A stretch of 64,000 nt of DNA from Hypanus sabinus (lineage: Eukaryota): NCBI RefSeq assembly GCF_030144855.1, contig NC_082738.1:23312001-23376000 (forward strand), read 5' to 3'. The notes under the pieces were generated by a model. It saw only the letters and a program-made list of their open reading frames with translations, was not told the origin of the DNA and searched no databases. The translations under genes were made by a program, and so were the position numbers. Shown one piece after another: positions 50,646 through 63,149 of the stretch (the stretch's first letter is position 1; the number at the start of each line of letters is the position of its first letter).

Positions 50646-52815
50646 CAGGTTAAGTACCCCTCACCCAAAGTTCCAAAATCCGAACCCCTCCAAAACTGAA
50701 TCTTTTTTGAGCATTGACATGATGTCATACATGCAAAACTCCACAAGATACTAGGAAGATTCCCAGGCAACGCGCAGTTCTCTGCGATTCACAGACATTT
50801 CTGAGAAATGATGTCACATATGTAATGAACTGAAATTAATGGAAATTTTTTAAAATACTGCAAAAGTGAAAAATTAAGTCGATTGTGAATTGAAAGAGTG
50901 GATTTGAATTGAAAGAGTGAAAATATCCCACTTAATGGTATGCTGATAGTGAAACAAAGTTCTACCATGATGAACTGAAAATTAAAGGCAATTGTGAATA
51001 TTTAGCAGGCTTGGTGTAGAAATTTAAGAAAAGGCACAAAATTAAATTTTTTAAGATTTCAAGAATTTTAAAGATAAAGCATCTGCAGCAGACAAATTCA
51101 TTAACAAGAGAAAATCTGCAGATGCTAGAAATCCAAGAAGCACACACAAAATGCTGGAGGAACTCAGCAGGTCAAGCATCACCTGTGGAAGAGAGTAAAT
51201 GGTCAATGTTTTGGGCCAAGACCCTTCATCAGGACTGGGGGAAAAAAAAGATGAGGTCAGATTAAGAAGGAAGGAGTAAAGAGCTAGGAATTTGTTTTGT
51301 GAAAGTGATAAAAGGCTGGAGAAGGGGGAATCTGATAGGAGAGGGTAGAAGACCATAGAAGAAAGGGAAGGGCGAGGAGCACCAGAGAGTGGTGATGGGC
51401 AGGTAAGGAGATAAGGTGAGAGAAGGAAATGGGAATGGTGAATCGTGAGAGGGGGCAATTACAGGAAGTTCAAGAACTGGGAGATCTAACTTTTTCTGGT
51501 GGACGGTGCTCAATGAAGTGGTTTCTCAATCTACATCAGGTCTCCCCGATATACAGGAGGCCGCACCAAATACAGTAGATGACCCCAACAGACTTGCAGG
51601 TGAAACGTTGCCTCACCTGGAAGGATTTTTTGGGGCCCTGAATGGTAGTGAGTGTGGGGCTGTAGGGGCAGGTTGGTAAGAATAAGTACCAGAAGGGAGA
51701 TCGCTTGGAAGGGATGAATGGAGAAGGGAATTGCGTAGGGAGCGATCCCTGCGGAAAGCAGGAGTGGGGAGTTGCGGGAGGAAAGATGTGCTTGGTGGTG
51801 GTATCCTGTTAGAGATGGCAGAAGTTATGGAGAATTATGTGCAGGACATGGAACCTACGGGGGTGATGGGTGAGGACAAGAGGAACCCTATCCCTGGTGT
51901 GATGGCAGGAGGATGGGTGAAAGCAAATGTGCGTGAGATGGAAGAGATGCAGGTGAGGGCAGCATTGATAATGGAGGAAGGAAAGTCCCTTTCTTTGAAG
52001 AAGGAGGACATTAGTTCTGGACTGAAAAGCCTCATCCTGAGAGCAGATGTAGCAAAGACGGTGGAATTGAGAAAAGGGGTTGTCATTTTTGCAAGAAACA
52101 GTGGGAAGAGGTATAGTCCGGGTAACTGAGATCAGTGGGTTTATATAAGATATCAGTAGGTAAACTGTCTCCAGTGATAGAGGCAAAGAGATTGAGAAAG
52201 GGGAGGGAGGTGTCAAAAACAGACCAGGTAAATTTGAGGGCAGGGTGGAAGTTGGAGGCAAAGTTGATGAAATTGACAAGCTCAGCATGGGTGCAAGAAG
52301 CAGTGCCTAAGCAGTCACTGATACAGCTTAGGAAGAGTTGGAGAGTGATACCAATGTAGACTTTGATAAGTTTGGAAAATCAACACTGATGAAAATCTAA
52401 CACCAGAACAAGTCTACAGTGCTGTTACATAAAACCTAAAATCAGAATAAGATACAAATACAGTGTACTGTAAACTTTTAACCAAAAAGCATCGTGGGTG
52501 GAGACTGGAAAGCCTACCGTTGTTTGTTGTTCAACAGCTGATTCAGGTATCTCTCAATGCTGCTGTGCTGCTTTTGTTACCCTGCACATGTTATATTTTC
52601 ATCATATTAATGACTTGTAATAATTTTTGCTGTTAAGTAGTTATGTGTGAGGAACAAGTGTAAGACAAGGACTGCTTACTGGTAGCACATAAATTCAGAG
52701 TTGAAAATATGGCGGTCCCAAACTATGTATTGTTATATATTCCAAAATCTGAAAAAAATCTAAAATCCAAAATGCTTCCGGTCCCAAGCATTTTGGATAA
52801 GGGGTATGCAACCTC
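50646..52815 (+). mobile_element. Tigger4/Zombi-like pogo DNA transposon, internally deleted and interrupted by Penelope
   Basis: TA TSD at 50644-50645 and 52816-52817. Inverted ends caggttaagtacccctcacccaaa / tttggataaggggtatgcaacctc. Transposase remnants IPLNGMLIVKQ..YHDELKIKGNCEY..KFKKRHKIKF and DENLTPEQVY. Confidence 0.85.
51103..52358 (-). mobile_element. Penelope-like retroelement 3' half (RT thumb, GIY-YIG, terminal repeat with hammerhead at 51201-51237)
   Basis: NPFSQFHRLCYICSQDEAF, MSSFFKERDFPSSII, RDRVPLVLTHHP; ccaguccugaugaagggucuuggcccaaaacauugac. Confidence 0.92.
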
Positions 52816-54846
52816 TATATCCAGATTTGCTGTTACAAAGGTGGGTGGCAGTGTAGACTTTGAGGAAAATGTATATAAAAATAAAATTCAGGAGGTTGTA
52901 GACATGTTAAGACATGTTGTAGACAAGAATGTGGTAGACGGAATATAATGTGGAAGAAGTGGCCTTTTAAAAAAGGTAATGGATTTTCAGAGAGATGTAG
53001 ATGAAACACTGACAGTTAGCATACAGGTGCAGCAGGAAGGCTAATAGTGAGTTGCCTATTATTACAACAGTAACTGTATTCCTGAGGTTGTAAGAGGTAG
53101 AAAAGAAATGCAAGTCCTTTTTCAGCATATACAATAAGGAGAAGGAAAATAATAATTTGAGCCCCCGCCCCCATTTTAAATCAATAATGTGGATTTGTTT
53201 AGGTAAATGGATCGATGAATAGCTTATTTTGAAGGACCCTCGGGATTATCTCAATTCTACTTTGCGGTCTCACCTCCAGCTCGGCTCTCTTACAGAAAAT
53301 ACAGAGCTCATTTGCCACAGGATATTATTAATTGTGGGCTCTATTACTGACAGACTTCTATTTTCTCCTTGTCCTCAATATGTTCTTTAGGCATCAGCTG
53401 CCAGCAGTATCTCTTATCGCCTGAGCAAGCCTCGGTTTGATAAATTTGAGCTTGTCTGAATGAATGACAAGCATAAAACGAATGCAGGACTTCTTACCAA
53501 ACAAAGTGGATCATGGCGAATAATTCCTTAACTTCAATGTTTTCTGATCCAACCTGATAGTAGCTAGTCATTTTTTTGAAAAGAGTTCATCAGTGTTTGT
53601 TTAATGAACAATTAATGTGTAATTGAGATTTAGGATAATTGGCAGTTAATTGGCAAACACAATGAGTCTTGTGAACAACTCATCTTCAGGATAGGGTGTT
53701 GTCCTCTTGCTGTCCTTCCCTGATGATTCAGGGAGATAGAATTAAAGCAACATCTTCACTGAAAATTACCTCACATTTTAAGCTTGCCTTAAAGCCATTT
53801 TCTGAAGTTCAATGTCCCATGAAGAATGTTACCCCACATTGTGTTTATACATTACTTTCTCTGCTGTTTTCTTCTTCTACACTTGCCAAAGGAGTGGAGT
53901 GCTATATAGATTCCAAAACAACGTGCTTCTTGCAAGTCCAGGCAGCATGTACCTACAAAGCATTCAGCCATAAAGTCAAGTTTATACCATCCTCACTCGG
54001 TCTGCTTGGGGACGCAGGCAAAAATCCAGAAAATCCAGAAAAGCTTGTGTAATTACTGCAGGCTATGAAGTAACTGTGTTCATTACCATGGTCCAGTCTC
54101 TCCACGCCCACTGTCCTCTCTCCACGCCCACCGCTTGTGTTCTCCATGCCCACGGTCCACTGGAGCTCTTTCAATGAAGAGATGTAGGACATCCTCATCA
54201 TAAAGCCCTGCAGGGTTTGTTTAATTTTTGTGCTTCAATTATTTTGCAAGGGCTCTGTGACCTACCAGAAGCACATTGTGACAGTAAGTCTGGTGAGACT
54301 GAGCCTCAATCTTTCGATTAATTATCTGTATGCTTTAGCAATAGCATTGTTTTTTTAAAATATTTGAATAATATTAATGGACAAGGGTGTGGTGTCATTT
54401 TTTTATATACAGACATCTAATGTCAAGACCATTTCCTTCAAGATTAGAATGTGTGTCAAACGAGCAAATGTATACTGTTTGTTTTGAAATTAAAAATCTT
54501 GGGTTTCCCACTTGGAAAATAAATATGCCCATTGATATTAAGCTGCATGCACCATGTTAATTCTTGGCTCAATTCCTGATCTGCATTTAGTTAACTGGTC
54601 TGAGCCAGGGCATTTCTCGGATTACTTACAGTTGGGCTCAGAAAATTGAAGGAAATCCTGCAAGATATTGTTGCTGACCTCTGTCTGGTGTCATCTGTAT
54701 CGTCCTGAATCAGTTCAAGGGCTTGCACATAACGCATCAGCCCCTCCCTTACTTGGTTTCTCTTGCCACCATCGGTCAAGCTGAGCAGGCCTGGGCACTG
54801 GAGGTCTGCTGCAAGCTTGAGGACTGCACTCGATATTTCCTCACAC

Positions 54847-55620
54847 TTCAAAGATTCAAAGTACATTTATTATCAAAGAATGTATAAATTATACAGCCTT
54901 GAGATTTGTTTGGTCACAGGTAGCCACAGAGCAAGAAACCCAAAAGATCCCAATTTAAAAAAAAATTAATAAAAATAAAAGACCAACACTTAATGTGCAA
55001 GAGAAAGAAAAAAAATACAAATCCAGCAAACAATTGAAGTGAACGACATTCCGAACCAAAATTGAGTCCTCAGATCCAAACCCCGGAGTAGGCCCAAAGC
55101 CTCAGCTATCAGTTCATCATATTGGCAGGCACTGAGCACAGCAGCCAGGGCAGTCTTCATAGCCTCGGCACCATGGAGGGAGGAGTGACCATCACAGAGA
55201 ACGAGTGAAATCTGCTCTTGCCCTGCATCCCGACACCCTGTCTTTTCACTCTTTCTGGGCTGGCTAAATTGACCTAATAACAGAACAGCGAAAGGCTTCA
55301 GCGCCCTGGAGAAAGGAGCGGACATCATGAAGAGTAAGCAAAATCAACTCTCACCACCGATCTGGGCCAGTGTTTAAATTGTTTAAACAGTGGATTGTAC
55401 CTCGCACTAGTTCCTGGCTGTTGTGAAGGACCATGCTGCCCAGCCCGAAGCTGTTCTCAAGCTCTTGAAATCACCTCTGCGCCCAAAGTGATCCAACCTC
55501 ACACCCAGGCAGGGTGTACAGGCATCAGAAATCCTCTGCCTCGACCTCTCCTCTCCGAATGGCTCATTCTATTTGCATCAATTCTGCAACGCACCATCCC
55601 TCCTCATCCCCTGAACTGGG
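54847..55620 (-). mobile_element. Non-autonomous retroelement with Rex/L2-like tail
   Basis: Minus-strand end gataataaatgtactttgaatctttgaa, matching the tail at 33554. GC-richer body without a credible ORF; far boundary uncertain. Confidence 0.55.
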
Positions 55621-57061
55621 CTTGCCCCTTCACTGTTTGTGGTGAAAGTTTAACACAAATTACCTCAGAAATGGTGTTTTTAATGATCTTTTTAGTCAGA
55701 ATGCTTAACTTTTTAATTACCAGTGAGCTGTTGTATGCATTTGGTAGTGCCATCTTAACTGGAAGTGTCAGCAGTAACTCCCATAAGTGAACACCACATC
55801 CAGCAAATATATGCATTAATATAGTATACTTGGGAAAACTCCCTTGGACCTTTCACAGCATAATTGACTAAAATAACACTGAGACAAAGCAGGGGTATTT
55901 GGGAGGGTTGATTTAAAGTTTGCATAATGATGCAAGTTTAATGGGAAGTCTTTTGGGGGAGAATTCTGCTTGTGGGTGCTCAGGTGCCTTAATGCCACTA
56001 CTACAGTGGTAGGGAAAAGATAAATACGTATAAGAGGCAAGATCTAAGCTAGAGCCGAATTCTCAGATTTTTGTTCAGTTGGAGAGTGTTACTGAGTCAA
56101 GAGGGCAACACTACAGAAGGATTGTGCTTCTAAATACAAGTAATTTCTGTGGCAGAAACCAATGAGAGCAAGTGTGTTAGCTGAGCAAGACAGTCTATAC
56201 AAGCAGCAAAGTTTTTGTTTGTGGAGAGTAGTTGATGGGAGATGATGTGCAGGATAATAGGATCAGTTGGGTCTAGAATTGCCAAAAACATGAATGACAT
56301 TTAAGCAACAAAAGAACTGAGAAAAAGAGAAAGACAAATGATTACATGAAAGTGTTCTCTGATGCAGTGGGTGTGGAATCTGAACTGGACATGCTCACAA
56401 AGGTCTCACATCATTTGGTTTAGCCTCATAATCTGTAGGGAGTCGATGATAAGAAATCAAAGCTTGTGGTAGGGTCTAATGACAGGAGTTGCAACCATCC
56501 AGATGTTTGAAGAGAAGTGCAGTTTGTTGAGAACTAGTTGTTGGGAAAGCGGTCTGAGAATGCAAACAAATAACTTATGTGAATTTGTTTCGATGTTTTG
56601 TAATCTCTGAGTGAATAAGAATTAATCTTGTTGAAATGCAATTCAGTGGTTGAACTAACTGCAGTCCGTGCTCAGTGGATCTGCTGACCTTTCCTGCTAA
56701 AATGTCTCTATGTTCTGAAATTGAGCAGAAGCAGTAAAGCGATGAAATGATAGAAATGTTCATTCTGTTTCACCACAGACAATCTGTCTCTTTTTTATGA
56801 GTTAAAATCCTGGCAAAAGTGAACACAGAACTTTGGGTAGAGAGAGTGAAGCATTCCATTTTACAGGACAGTTTTTGATTACTTTGAGAGTTTTTGAGAT
56901 GTCCTGAATGCCCAAGAATAACAGCTCACTTTTCCCACCATTCCACTGCTTGTGTACTCAAAGGTTTCCATTTTGTTCCTGCAGTTTCTAAAACTATTGT
57001 GGGGAGATATAAGACTTCAGTGATGACATTCTGTAAAACTCTTGAATTGTCCTTGGCAAAA

Positions 57062-57736
57062 ATACCTTTCCAGGTGAGGCAACACTTCACCTGCAGACCT
57101 GTTGGGTCATCTAATATATACAGCATTCTTGATGCAGCCTTCTCTACATTGATGAGACCCAACATAAATTGGGGGACTTCTTTGTCGTGCACCTCTGCTC
57201 CATCCTCCAAAAGTAAAATTTCCCATTTTAATTCCTATCCTCCTTCCAGTTCTGACATGGCTTCCTCTTCTGGCACAATGAGGCCACTCACAGGTTGGAG
57301 AAGAAACACCTTGTATTCCACTTAGATAGTCTCCAACCTGATGGCATGAACATCGATTTCTTCTACCGGTATTTTTTTTCTTTCTCTTCCTATCCTTCTT
57401 TCTCTCTCCTCTTCTATTCCCCACTCTAGCCTCTTAACTCTTCTCCTCACCTGCCTATCAACTCCCCCTGCTGACCCTCCTTCTTCCCTTTACCCCAAGG
57501 TCCACTCTTCTCTCCTGTTGGATTCCTTCTCCAGCCCTTCATTTTTCCCACCCCTCCTGGATTCACATATCACCTTCTAGCTTGTCCTGTTTCCTCTCCC
57601 TCACCTTTTTATTCTGGCATCTTCCCCCTTACTTTCCAGTCATGATGAAAGGTCTCAGCCCAAAACATCGACTGTTTATTCATTTTCATAGATGCTGCCT
57701 GACCTGCTGAGAATTGTCCAGCATTCTGTGTGTGTA
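57062..57736 (+). mobile_element. Penelope 3' end (GIY-YIG, UTR, terminal repeat with decayed hammerhead at 57637-57674)
   Basis: FQVRQHFTC, LLYIDET (YIGET), EATHRLEKKHLVFHLDSLQPDGMNIDF; cagtcatgatgaaaggtctcagcccaaaacatcgactg. Confidence 0.9.
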
Positions 57737-57819
57737 GTTTTGAAATTCTGCTCTGATTATTCTATTGTCAGATCTCCTGTTTAGACTTGCATATGAAGGA
57801 TATTCATTTTGGCAAATTT

Positions 57820-60110
57820 AAGATATAGGAGCAGAATTAGGCCATTGAGTCTGCTCTGCTATTTATTTTTGCTCTCAACTCTATTCTCCTGCCTTCTCCT
57901 CATAACCTTTGATGCCCTTTCTAATCAAGAGCCTGTAAACCTCCGCTTTGAATATATCCAATGTATTGGCCTCCACAGCCATTTGTGCCAATTAGTTCCA
58001 CAGTTTCATTACCTTCTAGCTAAAGAAATTCCTCCTCATCTCTTCTAAAAGGACGTCCTTCTATTCTGTGGCTGTGCCCTCCAGTCCTAGACTCTCCACT
58101 GTAGGAAGCATCCTCTCCATGTCCACTCTAATCTAGGCTCTTCAATATTCAGTCAGTTTCTATGAGTTCCCCCCCCCCCCCCAACCCACCCCTGGTTCTT
58201 CTAAACACTCTCAAACACTCCTCACACATTAATTCTTTTATTTCTGGTGTCATTCTCATGAACCTCCTCTGGACCCTCTCCAGTTGGGGTCTGACTAGCG
58301 CCTTATAAAGCCTCAGCATTACATCCTTGCTCTTACATTCTCATTCTCTGAAAATGAATATCAGCTCAACCTGCGCATTAGCCTTTAGGGAATCCTGCAC
58401 AAGTGCCTTTGCATCTCCAATTTCTGAATTCACTCCCTGTTTAGAAAATAGTCCTTTATTCCTTCTACCAAAGTACATATCCCTACATCTCTCTACACTG
58501 TATTCTATCTGCCACTTCTTTGCCCTTTCTCCTAATCTGTCCAAGTCCATCTGCAGACTCCCTGCTTCCTCAACACTACCTGCCCCCCAAAGCTATTCTT
58601 GTATCGCCATCAAATGGGCACAAAGCCAAAAATTCCATTGTTCAGATCATTAGAAAGTAGCAGACCCAGCACCGACCGCTGTGGAATACCACAGTCAACC
58701 AAAAATCACCCCCTTATTCCCACTTTTTTGCCTCCTGCCAGTCATTCAATCTTCTGTCCATGCTAGTATATTTCATGGACAAGGACCCCTATCTTGTTTA
58801 GCATCCTCATATCTGGCACTTTGTCAAAGGCCTTCTGAAAATCCACATAAGCAACATTCATTGATTCTCCCTTGTCTATCCTGCCTGGTATTTCCTCAAA
58901 GAATTTCAACAAATTTGTCAGGCAAGAATTCCCCTTGAGGAAACAATAGCGATTTCAACCTATTATGTGCCTCCAAGTACCTTATCCTTGATAATGGACT
59001 CTAACATCTTGCCAACCACTGAAGTCAGGCTGACCGAGCTATAATTTCCTGTATTTAGCCTCCCTTCCTTCTTAATGAATGGTTGACATTTGCAATTTTC
59101 CAGCCTTCCAAAACCATTACAGAATCTAGTGATTCTTGAAAGAGCACTACTAATGCCTTCACAATTTCTTCAGCTCCCCCTACATCTGTGGTGTAGTCCA
59201 TCTGCACCAGGTGATTTATCTACCTTCAGACCTTTTAGTTTCCCAAAAACCTTCTCCTAGTGATAGCAACTGCATTCACTTCTGCTCCCGACACTCTTGT
59301 ATTTCTGGTGAAGACTGATGAAAAATATTTATTCATTTTGTCTGCCATTTCTTTGTTCCCTATTACTATCTCTCTAGCGTCATTTTCCAGCTGTCCGATA
59401 TCCATTCTTGCCTCTTGTATATCTGTGTCCATGTATATCTGAAAAAGAACTTCTTTATCCTATCTTATAATATTGACTAGTTTGTCTTCATATTTCATCT
59501 TTTCTCTCGTTATTGCTGTTTTTAGTTGCTCTGTTGGTTTTTAAAAGCTTCCCAATCCTCTAGCTCCCCACTAATTTTTGCTATGTTGTATGCTCTCTCT
59601 TTTGCTTTTGTGCTGTCTTTGACTTCCCTTGTCAGGCACATTGCTTCATCCTCCCTTTAGAGTGCTTCTTTGGGATGAGATAATTCTGCACCTTCTGAAG
59701 TACCCCCAGAAACTCCAGCCATTGCTGCTCTGCCATCATCCCTGCTAGTGTCCCCCTCCAATCAATTTTGGCCAGCTCCTCTCTCATGCCTCTCTTGTTA
59801 CCTTTACTTGTGGAATTTTAACTTCTGCCGCTCAAATTGCAGGGTAAATTCTAGCATGTAGTGATCATTGCACTCCTGGGGGTTCCTTTACCTTAAGCTC
59901 TCTAATCAAATCTGGTTCATTATATAACACTCAATCCAGAATTGCCTTTTCCCTAGTGGGCATAACTACAAGTTGCTCTAAAAAGCCATTTTGTAGACAT
60001 TCTTTCCCTTGGAGTCCAGCACCAACATGATTTTTCCAGTCTCACTGCATATTGAAATTTCCCATGACCATTGAAGCGTTGTTCTTTTTACTTGCCTTTT
60101 CTATTTCTCC
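57820..60110 (-). mobile_element. CR1 LINE ORF2, decayed with internal deletions
   Basis: IGQLENDAREIVIGNKEMADKMNKYFSSVFT, DFQKAFDKV, DLDRLGERAKKWQIEY, and the 3' tail at 57820-57850. Confidence 0.88.
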
Positions 60111-61789
60111 ATAATTATGGTAAAAGCCAGCACCCTGGAGTGGTGAACAAAGGCAGAAAAGAGTAAGTTGTTCGGCAGTGGCCATTTCTCCTTTGTTAGG
60201 AAAGGAGGTGTGCTCAGGAAATAGCTGATGCCACAGGTGCCACTAATAGTATCTGATTGCCAATGGAAATTATTTTAAAATTGGGAGAGTTTGGGCAATA
60301 CACCATCACTATGATTGGGAAGAGAAATTCAGTGTAAGCAATAAGGAGTTATAATATCTTGTGGGAAGTTTGCTCTCTCTGTGCTAAGAGACCCTTTCTG
60401 TTCACCTTATTCACAACATTACACACAGCTAATTTTATGATTAGTCATCTTCTGAAGTTTATTGCTATCCAAAAGAAAGCACTGCATTGTTTTAGAAGGT
60501 CAAATGTGTGTTTTATCTGTGGAGTTGTGTACTTAAACCAGAGAGGTAGAATAGTGCATTACTGTGCCCTTCACAGCTATTGATGGTGCTGAAATTAATA
60601 TTATCAAGTAGTATATAATCAGCTAGTACTTATCCAATGGACCAGATCATTGAAGCTGTCAGAAATGATGTAATTCAGATAACCTTGTAAAGGAGTGAGT
60701 TTTTATGATTGAAGAACCTCCAACCCGTTAGTGTGGGGTCCTCTTTTTTTAGATTTAAAAAGAAATATTGCTATTTTGTAGGCTTTTCTTACAAAGAAAT
60801 AGTTTGTTGGTATCCAAACCAGTTGCTGATTATCAGTTACCTCCTGTCTGGAATTTTCTATTTTCTTTCTCAAGATCAATCCTCAGGCATTATCCTCGCT
60901 TCCTTGTGATACCTAGCTCTTTCTGACAATATAGTCAATGTTAGGATTCCCATTAATGTTCATTTCTGTGCGAACTCCTGTTACCACATCAGACCTGAGT
61001 CATTTCTGAGCCTTGTCCTATTATTTCTTTCTTTTTCTCATTCTCCTTTTACTTTGGTCTCTGTTGAGAAGATTTATCTCATGTATTTCTTTACATCTGA
61101 TTGACTGTCTTTTCACTCATTACCCTTGATTTATCCATAGCATTGTCATTGCTCAACATATTCCTCCAACCCCTCATTGCCAGCCCCAATAACCCTTTTA
61201 CTTGGTACTGTCCTTCTCACTTTAGTCATTCCTGGAAAGCTCTCTGTTTAGCAAAATGTGTTTAACCTCCACGTTTCCCGTGCTTCCCATTCAGTTCTTC
61301 CAAAGTATTCTCTTGAAATTTTTCCACGACTGTCACATGATTCTATGACTATGTCTTAACTAATCCATTCAATAGAATAGCCTTTGCTTCATTCCACTTC
61401 TACTTATCCAAATACAGCAAGCACATCAGTCGGAAGTGTCTTCCCTTCCCACTTCAACATTCATCTTTTGTGTTACATCCACCAGTTTTTCATACATTTC
61501 CTGTTTCGTGGTGATGATATAAAAGTTACTAATTTCTTCAACTTTCTGAATCATGTCAGGTGGCAGGAAGCTTTGCCTATTATCCAGTGCCAATTTCTTT
61601 ATACCTACCTCACCAATAGTACCTGCGTCCATTGCAACATGAGCCATTCTATTATTGAAATCCTTTCCCATCTCCATGGCACTATTAACCTCAATTAATG
61701 GAGTGCCATTCATCCTGCTTTTCCAATCTGCACATCTCTTGGGTTTCCTAAATCAATTGCATAGATCAAGTTAATGAGAATCCCAAAGT

Positions 61790-62055
61790 CGAAGCCTAAT
61801 GGCTGAAGGCCTACGTTTCTTGGAACTGGTGGACTGGCCGGGTAGGGAATGGGAGAGAGGGAGGAGCGGGCTTGTTTTGCTGCTGTTGATTTGTTGCTTG
61901 TTGTGTTCTGTGTTGCTCTGCTGAGCATTGTGGGCATGCTCTGTGAGTGCCAGAATGTGTGGCGACACTTTGGGGCTACCCCCAGCATATCCTTGGGTTG
62001 AGTTGGTTTGCAAACAATGTATTTCACTGTGTGATAGATAAATCTGAACCTGAAA
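61790..62055 (+). mobile_element. Short non-autonomous retroelement / SINE 3' part
   Basis: gaatgtgtggcgacactt..ccccagca..tttcactgtg..aaatctgaacctgaa tail. Confidence 0.5.
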
Positions 62056-62599
62056 CTAAAGTTAAGCTTGCCTATTATTCCTATATTTGCCAGTCTGCAC
62101 TGGGATCAAACCTCACAGGGAACGCAGTTGAGTCTTGAAAGAGTTTCGAAGCACAGAAGGAAGACTGGGTAGTGGTTGGGCTCTGGAGCATGGTAGGTCA
62201 GGGTCTGGCGCCTTAAGGAGAGAGCAGGTTCTAAAAGCCTTGCAGAAGCACAGTGGGATCCTAATGCAGTCTGGGAGAGCATAGGAGGGTGTGAGTGTTA
62301 TACAATTTAGCTTCAACATCCCTGCCAGCAGGCTAACCCCCAGAACTTTTTACATTGAAGCTCCCTTGCACTGCAGGCTGTAGGCAGGGCAGCCACCACT
62401 AGATTTCACATTGCTACCAAAGACCAGCATTCTTCATTCTATGTTCCTGTTGCTGGCTGAAATGATAAATGGAAATTGAGACCAGTGTGTTTTCCTCACA
62501 TTGTCAACTGTTCTTCTTTGGTGCCCTTTTAGACAGTTTATCATCCTATGCAGTCCTTAGCAACATGCATTCAAGTGCAATACATGATTAGTTCATTAT

Positions 62600-62865
62600 T
62601 TGAGTGTGTTGTCAAGGTGAGACCCCCTACCCCAACCTCTCAGAGGCATTTTAAAGATCCAATGACACCGTTTTAAAGAAAGGTGCAGGAGTTGGCACCA
62701 ACATCATTTAAACATGATCTGGCATTACCAATCATGGTTGATTATAGTATGCAAATTGTTCGTCGTGTTCATGACACAGCAATGTGAGTCAGATTAAATC
62801 GTACTTCATTGGCTGTAAAAAGGCTTTGGGATGTCCTGAGATTTTGAAAGGAGATATAAAAGGTC
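62600..62865 (+). mobile_element. SacSINE1/Deu-SINE-like ancient SINE
   Basis: ctctcag..taaagatcc..tgacacc.ttttaaag..ggagtt...ttcattggctgtaaa..ctttgggatgtcctgag..tgaaagg..tataaa. Confidence 0.6.
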
Positions 62866-63149
62866 AGTATTTTTCCCCTTTCTGAAACCTCATAAGTGTT
62901 TCAAAAGCTTTAAAAAAAAGCTTAATAGAGGGGAGTGTCTTAATTAATGTCAGTCTGTTTTGATTTCAAACATCCAACAAAGAAACCACAGCTGCTGCAA
63001 TCATGGGTGTTGCCACATAATAGAAAAGGAGCAATTATTAATGAATTTAAATGTCATCATTTGAAGTGAAAACTTAGGAACATAGGCTTTTAAGCTCATC
63101 AAAGTTGTTGCATCATCCAGTGAGATCATGGCAGATCTACACTCTAATC

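Larger units (their letters stand above)
50200..53080 (+). mobile_element. Old CR1 RT fragment split by the Tigger-like element
   Basis: DFYKAFDK and GVPQ remnants upstream. The flanks rejoin as atc aaa tgt aat ata tcc aga ttt gct (IKCNISRFA, leading into the FADD motif). Confidence 0.75.
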
